Source of the DNA: an uncultured Spirochaetaceae bacterium
GTDB lineage: Bacteria; Myxococcota_A; UBA9160; UBA4427
Reading direction: 5' to 3'
NCBI GenBank assembly: GCA_964519695.1
Contig: CAZFKD010000001.1
Location: forward strand, 1-32,258
DNA length: 32,258 nt
The translations under genes were made by a program, and so were the position numbers. The notes beneath the pieces are model-generated. The model did no database searches. It saw only the letters and a program-made list of their open reading frames with translations, and was not told the DNA's origin. Positions 25,197 through 32,258 of the stretch are shown in pieces (position 1 is the stretch's first letter; each line of letters begins with the position of its first letter).

Positions 25197-26816
25197 CTAC
25201 AGCGCCTCGTTCGCGGCGATGAACGGGCCCCGGCCGAGGTCGGCGAGGCGCTGATCGCGAACGTCGCGGAAATGATCGATCCGGTCGTATTCGATCGCCG
25301 GGCCTGCCGGCTTCGCGATCCGCATCGGGTCGACGTACTGCCCGTTCTTCTTCACGCGGAAGCAGACGTGCGGCCCCGTCGAGAGGCCGGTGCTCCCGAC
25401 GTAGCCGATGATCTCCTTCTGGCGGACCTTGTCGCCGACGTTCAAGCCGCGCGCGAAATTCGAGAGATGGGCGTAATGGGACGTATAGCCGCCAGAATGC
25501 CGGATCCGGATCAGATTGCCCGAAGCGCCCGCGCGCGAGCGGAACTCGACGACGCCGTCGGCGACGGCGAAGATCGGCGTCCCGTACGGCGCCGCGTAGT
25601 CGATGCCGGGATGCGGGCGGGTGATGTTCAGGATCGGATGGCGGCGGGCGTTCGTGAAGCGCGAGGTGATCCGGCTGAACTCGAGGGGCGCGGCCAGGAA
25701 CGCGCGCTCGATCGAGCTGCCGTCCGGACGGAAATAGGCGCCCTCGCCGTCGCCGTTCTCGTAGTAGACGAGCGTATGTTCGCCCGCGCGACCCGAATAA
25801 CGTCCGGCGAGGATCCGGCCCGGACGGACATAGACGGCCTTGCCGTCGACCCCCTTCGTGTACATCCGCTCGTAGAGGATCGAGAACTCGTCGCCCGGAT
25901 GGACGTGGCGGCTGAAATCCATGTCCCAGGCCAGGATCTTCGCGAATTCGGTCGCGAGCGCGCTCTGCTCGCCGAGCGCCATGATCGCATCGTAGAAGGA
26001 GCCGTCGACGACGCCCGCGATCTTCGCGACCTGGGGCTCGAGGATCTCCGACTGCTTGCTCGCAACGTAGCGCGTCCCTTTCCAGGCGAGCGAATAGCTG
26101 TCGCCGTCGCCCTGGGTGTACTGGAAGTCGAGGATGCGGCCGTCCGATCCCTGGGTCAGGCGGTAGGCATCGCCGGCGCGAGAGCGACGGAAATCGAACA
26201 CCTTTCGGAGCTCGGTCGAGATGAGATGGATCGCGGCCGGGGAGACGTTCTGCCGACGCAGCGAAGAGGCGAGGCTGCCCTGGACCTCGCCTTCGGTCAC
26301 CAGCGTCAGCTCGTCCTGCGGGACCGGGCCCATTTCGGCGACGGGCTCCTCCGGCAGGATCGGGCCCTCGCTGACGACCGGCCGATGAACGGGGAGGGCG
26401 TCGATCGATACCGGCGCATAACGCGCAACGAGCTCGCCCGAAGCGAGCTCGATGCCGTCGCCGAGGGCTTCGAGATCGACTTCCGATCCGCTCTCGCGAA
26501 CCTGGCCGAAGGCATGCGCGGCATGTGCGAAGGCGTCGTCGATTCCCTCGGCCGCCACCCGCGGAGCGGCGGCGATCACGCGCCCGCCGAGCTCGAATCC
26601 GACGACTGCGCTGACGAGGACGAGCAGGGCGGCGATCCCGATCCGGGTCTCGAAGGAGTAGGCCAGCCCTTGCCTAACACGGCGAGCGCCCCGGAACAGA
26701 CGCCCGGCGACCGCGGCGGCCAGCGAGCCGGCGAGCACGCCGGCCTGCGATCGGAAGGCTTCCCGCAGCGCGCGCAGGCGCCGCGCTTTCCCGTCGTTCT
26801 TCGGCTGATCGCTCAA
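25197..26816 (-). CDS. M23 (LytM) family metallopeptidase with an N-terminal membrane anchor
   Basis: HPGIDYAAPYGTPIFAVADG, IRHSGGYTSHYAHL and GYVGSTGLSTGPHVCF (HxxxD and HxH metal motifs). TM helix IGIAALLVLVSAVVGF. TTG start at 26816, 4 nt after an aggagag SD. Confidence 0.85.
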   Translation of the reverse strand: MSDQPKNDGKARRLRALREAFRSQAGVLAGSLAAAVAGRLFRGARRVRQGLAYSFETRIGIAALLVLVSAVVGFELGGRVIAAAPRVAAEGIDDAFAHAAHAFGQVRESGSEVDLEALGDGIELASGELVARYAPVSIDALPVHRPVVSEGPILPEEPVAEMGPVPQDELTLVTEGEVQGSLASSLRRQNVSPAAIHLISTELRKVFDFRRSRAGDAYRLTQGSDGRILDFQYTQGDGDSYSLAWKGTRYVASKQSEILEPQVAKIAGVVDGSFYDAIMALGEQSALATEFAKILAWDMDFSRHVHPGDEFSILYERMYTKGVDGKAVYVRPGRILAGRYSGRAGEHTLVYYENGDGEGAYFRPDGSSIERAFLAAPLEFSRITSRFTNARRHPILNITRPHPGIDYAAPYGTPIFAVADGVVEFRSRAGASGNLIRIRHSGGYTSHYAHLSNFARGLNVGDKVRQKEIIGYVGSTGLSTGPHVCFRVKKNGQYVDPMRIAKPAGPAIEYDRIDHFRDVRDQRLADLGRGPFIAANEAL

Positions 26817-27000
26817 GAGACTCTCCTGGGGGTACCGAGGCAGTGGCTATGTTTAGCCTGATGGAAGCAGGTCTGCATCGTGATCTTTATCACACTAGAA
26901 TCCCCACTCGATCGGCCTCGCATCCGAGGTCCGAAGACCTTCATGTCCGCAAGGCCCGAGGCCTCGATGCACGCCCCCCGCAAGCGCTTTCATCCCCGGC

Positions 27001-27036
27001 ACGCCCTGCATGCCCTGCACGCCCTGCACGCCCTGC
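27001..27036 (+). repeat. 9-bp tandem repeat x4 in the divergent M23/M20 intergenic region
   Basis: acgccctgc atgccctgc acgccctgc acgccctgc, read directly. Confidence 0.9.
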
Positions 27037-27089
27037 ATGAGCCGCGCCGCTCGAGACGATCGGGAAAACGGGACAGGATCCGTTGCGAC

Positions 27090-28604
27090 ATGAGGCGCTC
27101 GCGTCCCATTGCCGAATCGCACGCCACGCCTGCACGCGCGCTGGGCAATCCGTCTTCTCTCGCATTCTCGTTCGCTCTCGTGCTCTTTTCCGTCATCGCG
27201 ATCACACCGGCTCACGCCGCCTGGCCCTTCGATGCGCTGCTTCCGCGCGCTTCCGTCGCCGAACGCGCCAGCGCGGTTCTGTCCGAGGCGATCCGGATGC
27301 AGACGGTCAATCCGCCCGGACGCGAGCAGGCACTCGCCTATCGGCTCGCCGAGATCCTCTCTCGAGAGGGAATCGAGAGCGACGTCGTGACGACGCCAAA
27401 TCCCAACGGTGGAAAACCCCGAGCCGCGGTCTGGGGTCGACTGCGGGGGCGGGGCGAGCGACCGGGTCTGATCCTGCTCTCCCATCTCGATACCGTGCCG
27501 GCGGACCCGTCCGAGTGGAGCGTTCCGCCTTTCTCGGGCCGCATCGCAGACGGACACGTCTGGGGGCGGGGCGCGCTCGACGCGAAGGGCATTGCCGTGA
27601 TCCATTTGATGGCCCTGCTCGAGCTCGCGAGCTCGGGCGAACGGCTCGAGCGCGACGTGCTCTTCCTCGCGACGCCCGACGAGGAGACGGGGGGTCGCAA
27701 CGGCGCGGGCTGGCTGCTCGAAAAGCATCCCGAGCTGATCGAGGGCATGGGCTACCTGCTGACCGAGGGCGGCGGCATCCAGCTCGCCGGCAGCGACGAG
27801 ACGCCGCATCCGCCGATCTGGGGCGTGTCGTTGACCGAGAAATCGCCGTGCTGGCTCGAGCTGCGCGCCCACGGTCGCGGCGGCCACAGCTCCGCACCGA
27901 CGCGCGACGACGCGGTGCCCCGACTGATCGCGGCGCTCGACAAGATCCGGCGCGCGGAATCGCCCGTCCGCGTGCTCGACGAAGTCGAGGCGATGTTCGC
28001 GGCCCTCGCGCCGCTCGCGCCCGAATGGGATCGCGCCGCCTATCAGAACCTGTCCGGCGCGCTCGAACGCGACGAAGGCTTCCGCCGCCGCTTCCTCGAC
28101 GATCCGAGCCAGAACGCCCTGGTCCGCAACACGATCTCGATCACCCTGCTCGAAGGCGGGCCCGCGACCAACGTCGCACCATCTGTCGCGCGAGCGCAGC
28201 TCGATGCGCGACTCCTTCCGGGCCGATCCTGCGCCGACTTCACGGCGGCGATCGCGGCGCTGATCGACGACAGCACGATCGAGATCGAAGAGGTGCTGAG
28301 CTTCTCGTCGCGGGCGTCGTCGGCCGACACGCCCCTCTACCGTGCGATCGAAGCGGTCGCCGGTCGCCAGGAGCCCGTCGGACTCGTCGTCCCGCGCCTG
28401 ATCGGCGGATTCACGGACGCCCACTGGTTCCGCGAGACCAGCATCGTCGCCTACGGATTCGTCCCGCGCGCGCTGACGAACGAAGAGCTCAGCGGCGTCC
28501 ACGGCGTCGACGAGCGCATCTCGATCGACGCGCTGTCGCGCGCCATCGCGCTCCAGATCGAGCTCGTCCGCGCATTCGACGCCATCGAAGCCGCGGGCCA
28601 GTAG
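27090..28604 (+). CDS. Secreted M20 family metallopeptidase (ArgE/DapE/CPG2-like)
   Basis: LLSHLDTVPA, GRGALDAKG, TPDEETGG and LTEGGG. Signal-like LAFSFALVLFSVIAITPAHAA after the ATG at 27090. The track ORF start at 26880 is probably an upstream extension. Confidence 0.85.
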   Translation: MRRSRPIAESHATPARALGNPSSLAFSFALVLFSVIAITPAHAAWPFDALLPRASVAERASAVLSEAIRMQTVNPPGREQALAYRLAEILSREGIESDVVTTPNPNGGKPRAAVWGRLRGRGERPGLILLSHLDTVPADPSEWSVPPFSGRIADGHVWGRGALDAKGIAVIHLMALLELASSGERLERDVLFLATPDEETGGRNGAGWLLEKHPELIEGMGYLLTEGGGIQLAGSDETPHPPIWGVSLTEKSPCWLELRAHGRGGHSSAPTRDDAVPRLIAALDKIRRAESPVRVLDEVEAMFAALAPLAPEWDRAAYQNLSGALERDEGFRRRFLDDPSQNALVRNTISITLLEGGPATNVAPSVARAQLDARLLPGRSCADFTAAIAALIDDSTIEIEEVLSFSSRASSADTPLYRAIEAVAGRQEPVGLVVPRLIGGFTDAHWFRETSIVAYGFVPRALTNEELSGVHGVDERISIDALSRAIALQIELVRAFDAIEAAGQ

Positions 28605-28634
28605 GCCCGGGCGCAGGCTCGAGCGGGAGCGCCC

Positions 28635-30002
28635 TCAGCGCAGCTTCTGGATCGCCTCGTGGAGCGCTTCGAAGAGCGGCTCGATCTGCTCGACTTCGAG
28701 GCAGGAGAACGCGACGCGGATGTCGCTCGCGCTCGTCGCGATCAGACCGATGCCGTATTCGTCGAGCAGATGGACGCGCAGCTTCTCGGCATCGACGCCC
28801 TTCACCTCGACGAGCATGAAATAGCCGCTGTTGAAGGGATAGACGGACCAGCTCTCCGCGAAGCGGGGCTGGCTCGCGATCTCGTGGACGCGCGCGGCAC
28901 GCACGCGCAGGATCTCGCATTTCTCGGCGCGCTCGGCGTCGATGCCCGGCGCCGCGAGGGCCCGCTCGACGATCGACTGCGAGAGCTGCGGCACGTTCGA
29001 GATCCCGCCGCGGATGGCGCCGCGCGCCTTCGCGTCGAGGACCTCGCAGACGACGTCGGCCGTCTCGGGACGGCCTGGGCCGAAAGTGACGAAGCCGCAG
29101 CGGAGGCCCCAGACGAAGAGCTCCTTGGTCGCTCCGTCGAGCTTGACGGCGAGCAGGTTCGGATGGCGGCCGGTGAGATGGCCGAAGAGCGACTCCGTCA
29201 TCGACGGGGCGCCGAGGTGGTAGAAGAGACCGAAGTAGGCGTCGTCGCAGAAGACGACGAGCTTCGTCCCGCGCTTCGCCTGGGCGATCAGCGCCCCGGC
29301 GAGCGCCTCGCCTTCGGCGGGTGTCGGCATGTAGCCCGTCGGGTTGTTCGGGAAGTTGAGCAGGACGAGCAGCTTCTCGCGGCCCTGCGCGAGCTCGGCG
29401 AGGCGCCTGCCGAAGGCCTCGGTATCGATGCCGTTGCCCGCGCCGAGGCCCTTGCCCTTGTAGAAGGGGAAGGTCTCGATCGTGGCACCGTGGTGGACCT
29501 CGAAGGTCAGCTTGTAGTTGCCCCAGAGCTTGTCGGGCATCAGCATGACGTCGCCGGGATCGATGAAGAGCTCGCCCGCGACGGAGAGGCCGTGGGTGAT
29601 CGCGTTGGTCACGATCGGCTCGCCGAATCGGCGATCCGCGAGGCTCGGGTTCTCGAGCAGGAGCTTCCCGCGCCAGGCCTGGCGCAGCCCGGGGCGACCC
29701 GCGGGCGGCGCGTAGGTCACGGCATCGGCCGCCGGAATCCCGCCGAGCTGCGCCGCCACCGACGGGAGCGCCATCGGCCCCTTGCCTTCGGTCGCGATGC
29801 CGATCGTCGCATTGAAGCGATGAGCCTTCTGCTTGGCCTCGGCCGACTGGGAGATGATGCCCTTCGGAAAATAGAGGCGACGCCCGTAGGCGGAGAGCAT
29901 CGCGAGGATCTCGGGGGCGGCCTGATCGAGCTGGTCGTTCAGGGCCTGCGCGATCGGCGTGGGTTTCTGCTGCGGGGATTGCGGGGCCATATCCGGGGAC
30001 AT
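28635..30002 (-). CDS. PLP-dependent aminotransferase, class I/II fold
   Basis: LLNFPNNPTGYMPT, VFCDDAYFGLFY, and KLDGATKELFVWGLRCGF (K as candidate PLP lysine). Start at ATG 30002 (MSPDM) or ATG 29990 (MAPQ). The 732-aa track ORF is an upstream extension. Confidence 0.85.
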   Translation of the reverse strand: MSPDMAPQSPQQKPTPIAQALNDQLDQAAPEILAMLSAYGRRLYFPKGIISQSAEAKQKAHRFNATIGIATEGKGPMALPSVAAQLGGIPAADAVTYAPPAGRPGLRQAWRGKLLLENPSLADRRFGEPIVTNAITHGLSVAGELFIDPGDVMLMPDKLWGNYKLTFEVHHGATIETFPFYKGKGLGAGNGIDTEAFGRRLAELAQGREKLLVLLNFPNNPTGYMPTPAEGEALAGALIAQAKRGTKLVVFCDDAYFGLFYHLGAPSMTESLFGHLTGRHPNLLAVKLDGATKELFVWGLRCGFVTFGPGRPETADVVCEVLDAKARGAIRGGISNVPQLSQSIVERALAAPGIDAERAEKCEILRVRAARVHEIASQPRFAESWSVYPFNSGYFMLVEVKGVDAEKLRVHLLDEYGIGLIATSASDIRVAFSCLEVEQIEPLFEALHEAIQKLR

Positions 30003-30007
30003 CTCCA

Positions 30008-30031
30008 AGGATTTTTCCAGGGATTTTTCCA
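30008..30031. repeat. 12-bp T/A-tract tandem repeat x2 immediately upstream of the aminotransferase start
   Basis: aggatttttcca gggatttttcca on the plus strand. On the coding strand this reads ctggaaaaatccctggaaaaatccttggagATG. Confidence 0.85.
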
Positions 30032-30085
30032 GTGACTCGTCCTGCGCGGGAAGACGGGCGCGGGGCAGGTAAGCGGCTGCGGAAA

Positions 30086-30592
30086 CTACAGGCGTTTGTG
30101 GAGCACGTCCATCAGGTCGCCGTAGCCGAGGGAGCGCCAGAAGGCCTGGCCTTCGCGGTTTCCGGAGGCGACCTGGATCTCGATCCGCGCGACGCCGCGG
30201 TCGCGGACCCAGTCCTGTGCGGCCTCGACCAGGCGGCGACCGAAGCCGTGCCGCCGCCACTGCGGGCGTACGCCGACGTCGGTGATCTCCGCGCGCTCGG
30301 TCTCTTCCAGGATCGGCGGCGCCCGATCGATGCGGACGATGCAGAGCCCCTCTGGCGTCCCGCCGACGTCGAGCACGAAGATCTCGGCATCCGGATCCCG
30401 GCGCAGGGCGCGCAGCAGCTCGCGCAGCTCGCCCTCGGCCACGGGACCGCGGCGCATCCGGAAGAGGGGATCGAGCGCGGCGTGGTGGTCGGTGATCAGG
30501 CCCCAGAGCGCGGCGATCCGATCGATCTCCTGGGGTCGCGCCGCGCGCACCCGCCCCGGCTGGGCTTGCCCCGCTTCCTCCGACCCGCCCAT
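30086..30592 (-). CDS. GNAT family N-acetyltransferase
   Basis: VRPQWRRHGFGRRLVEAA is the Q/RxxGxG/A acetyl-CoA motif. ATG at 30592, preceded by ggagggag. Confidence 0.8.
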   Translation of the reverse strand: MGGSEEAGQAQPGRVRAARPQEIDRIAALWGLITDHHAALDPLFRMRRGPVAEGELRELLRALRRDPDAEIFVLDVGGTPEGLCIVRIDRAPPILEETERAEITDVGVRPQWRRHGFGRRLVEAAQDWVRDRGVARIEIQVASGNREGQAFWRSLGYGDLMDVLHKRL

Positions 30593-30926
30593 CGATCGAA
30601 CTCCCTCCGACGCGAACCTGCCGCGCCGCGCATCCGACGATCTTCCGCACGCCCCTTCGCGGGACGGCCGCTGAACCGTTCGCCGACCGGTTTCGCCGAA
30701 ACGTTCGCCCGACTGCTCCGCCGCTCGCGCTCGCAGCGAGCGACCCAATCGCCGAACGGCAGCGAGAACGCGATCGGATCCGCGAGCTTAGATCAGGACC
30801 TGCGCAGCCCCGCCCGCCCCGCGCCGCGCGCATGCCCGATTCGCATGGCTCGCGGGCATCGGAACGCGTTAGTGTGGCGCATCACCCGGTTCTTTCGACC
30901 CTGCTGTGCTGTCCACGTTGGTTCCC

Positions 30927-32258
30927 ATGTCGAAGCTCTGGATCGTCCATCGCAGCCCACAGGCACGCGCCGCTCTCGCCCGCGCGACCGGCCTCGCCGC
31001 GAGCCGGATCTCGAGCGGCGGCCCTTCACCCGCTGAATTTCCGCGCGACGAAGTCCCGGACGCCATCGTCCTCGCGCTGCCCGGCCCCGATCGGCCGAGC
31101 CCGAGCCAGCCGGCGCCGGAGGCCGACCCAGACCGCGAGCTCGACTTCGCCCTCGCCCTCGCCCTCGCGCAGCGTGTTCGCGACGCGCGCTGGATCCTGA
31201 TCTGTACGGCGTCGCAGCGCGCCGAGAGCCTGCGGCTCTTCGAGGCGATCGACCCGATCGTGATCGTCCATCCGCCGGATCCCGCCGCCCTGCGACGCGA
31301 GATCGCGACGGCCTTCGCGCAGCGCATCCGCCCGAGCCTCGCCAACCGACGCCGCGAGGCCCGGGCTGCCGCGCGCTTCGCCGCGTGGTTCGGGGAAACC
31401 GGCTTTCCCGGGCTCGAACGCGCCCTCGATCCGCGCTTCGGCGCCCTGCCCCTGCTGCTCCGCGGCCTGCCCGGAAGCGGACGCTCCTTGTCGGGTCTCC
31501 ACGCGGAGCACGCGCGCGCGGGCCGCGGCCCGATGCTCCGAATCGATGCGCGCGAGCTGGGCGAGATCGATGCCCTCGCGACGCGACTCGAGGCCGCCCG
31601 CGCCCGCACCGGCCTCCGCATCCGCACCGTCTGGCTCGACGAGATCGACGAATTGCCGCGCAGCGCGCAGCGCGCTCTCGCCGAATGGGTCCGCGAACAA
31701 ACGCCACCGGACGCGTCGCTCGCCGGACCGCTCCGCTGGATTGCGACTGCCGGCCCCGCCGGCCTCGACGATCGACTCGAGGCCGTGCTCGTGCGGGCCT
31801 TCGCGCCGCTCATCGTCGACGTGCCGCCCCTCGATCCCCACGTCGGCGAAATCGCGCGCATCGCCGCGGCGACGGCCCGGGACTTCGCCGCCCAGATCGG
31901 GGCGGACGTCCGGGCCTTCGCCCCGAGCGCGCTCGCGGCGCTCGCCGAGCAGCCGTGGTGGGGCGATCGCGCCGAGCTCGAATCCGTGCTCCGAACGACG
32001 CTCGCGAGCGCAGCGCGCGACCCGATCGAAGCGCCCGACCTGCACTTCCCCGACGAGCGCGCGACGGCCTCCAGCGATTCCCCAGACCGCGCGGTGCCCG
32101 CGCGCGATGACGCGCTCGTGCGCGATGCCCGGCGCGCCGGCTCGGGCTTTGCTGACGCTGAGGCCGGCGAACAGGCCGATGCGCTCCCGATCGATCCCGA
32201 GCTCGACCCGAGCGCCGAGCTGACGCGCCTCGCGGAGCGCTGGTCGCGCGACGAGCCC
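30927..32258 (+). CDS. Degenerate sigma-54-activator-like (bEBP-type) AAA+ protein, 3' end outside the window
   Basis: My own translation of the open frame from ATG 30927 to the window end (444 codons, no stop, strong GC3). Motifs: LLLRGLPGSGRS (Walker A-like, Arg in place of Lys), TVWLDEIDELP (Walker B), RWIATAGP, and PWWGDRAELESVL (counterpart of WPGNVRELEN). Absent from the supplied track because it has no stop codon in the window. Confidence 0.7.
   Translation, partial: MSKLWIVHRSPQARAALARATGLAASRISSGGPSPAEFPRDEVPDAIVLALPGPDRPSPSQPAPEADPDRELDFALALALAQRVRDARWILICTASQRAESLRLFEAIDPIVIVHPPDPAALRREIATAFAQRIRPSLANRRREARAAARFAAWFGETGFPGLERALDPRFGALPLLLRGLPGSGRSLSGLHAEHARAGRGPMLRIDARELGEIDALATRLEAARARTGLRIRTVWLDEIDELPRSAQRALAEWVREQTPPDASLAGPLRWIATAGPAGLDDRLEAVLVRAFAPLIVDVPPLDPHVGEIARIAAATARDFAAQIGADVRAFAPSALAALAEQPWWGDRAELESVLRTTLASAARDPIEAPDLHFPDERATASSDSPDRAVPARDDALVRDARRAGSGFADAEAGEQADALPIDPELDPSAELTRLAERWSRDEP

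Noticed and set aside
28605-28634. Hairpin gggcgc-N14-gcgccc between the convergent M20 peptidase and aminotransferase genes, as an intrinsic terminator. A similar weak hairpin lies at 16079-16105.
   Set aside because: The stems are short (6-7 bp), the loops are large or bulged, and neither has a U-tract on either strand. They are not convincing as rho-independent terminators and are not listed as features.
30593-30926. Sigma-54 promoter (TGGCAC-N5-TTGC) upstream of the bEBP-like gene or the GNAT
   Set aside because: The only resemblance, tggcgcatcacccgg near 30875, lacks the -12 TTGC element at the correct spacing.
1-32258. Mobile elements, prophage, defence islands or biosynthetic clusters
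   Set aside because: No transposase, integrase, recombinase, phage structural, restriction, toxin-antitoxin, reverse transcriptase or PKS/NRPS/RiPP signatures are visible in any frame. Composition is uniform apart from short intergenic patches, and the gene content is core metabolism and ribosome biogenesis.

Overview
Very GC-rich bacterial chromosomal segment; third codon positions are almost always G/C, which produces many long spurious antisense ORFs in the supplied track. The content is overwhelmingly housekeeping. On the minus strand: pgeF-rluD, a translationally coupled ParA/MinD-like ATPase plus a J-domain-like/HTH protein, and selA. After an unusually long 853-bp non-coding gap comes a plus-strand ribosome-maturation cluster, rng-rplU-rpmA-obg-proB-proA-nadD-rsfS, whose stop/start overlaps indicate operon structure, followed by a ComF-family ORF that runs in frame into a DUF2059 secreted domain. 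A nine-gene minus-strand block follows: crotonase, metal-dependent hydrolase, PAS-DHp-REC protein, trxB, unknown 6-TM protein, REC-PAS protein, plant-type glutamate-cysteine ligase, YjjX-like NTPase, M23 peptidase. The window ends with an M20 peptidase, an aminotransferase, a GNAT and a 3'-truncated degenerate sigma-54-activator-like AAA+ ORF that is missing from the ORF track because it has no stop inside the window. I found no rRNA, tRNA, CRISPR array, transposase, integrase or recognisable defence or mobile module. The best candidate for something undescribed is the signalling trio at 17911-23077: two PAS/DHp proteins without any kinase ATPase domain, plus an uncharacterised membrane protein abutting one of them, sitting between gshA and trxB. 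Other items worth a look are a perfect 50-bp inverted repeat at base 1, the 853-bp selA/rng gap, and several short tandem repeats placed exactly in operon spacers. All family assignments come from motif recognition by eye, not from searches.
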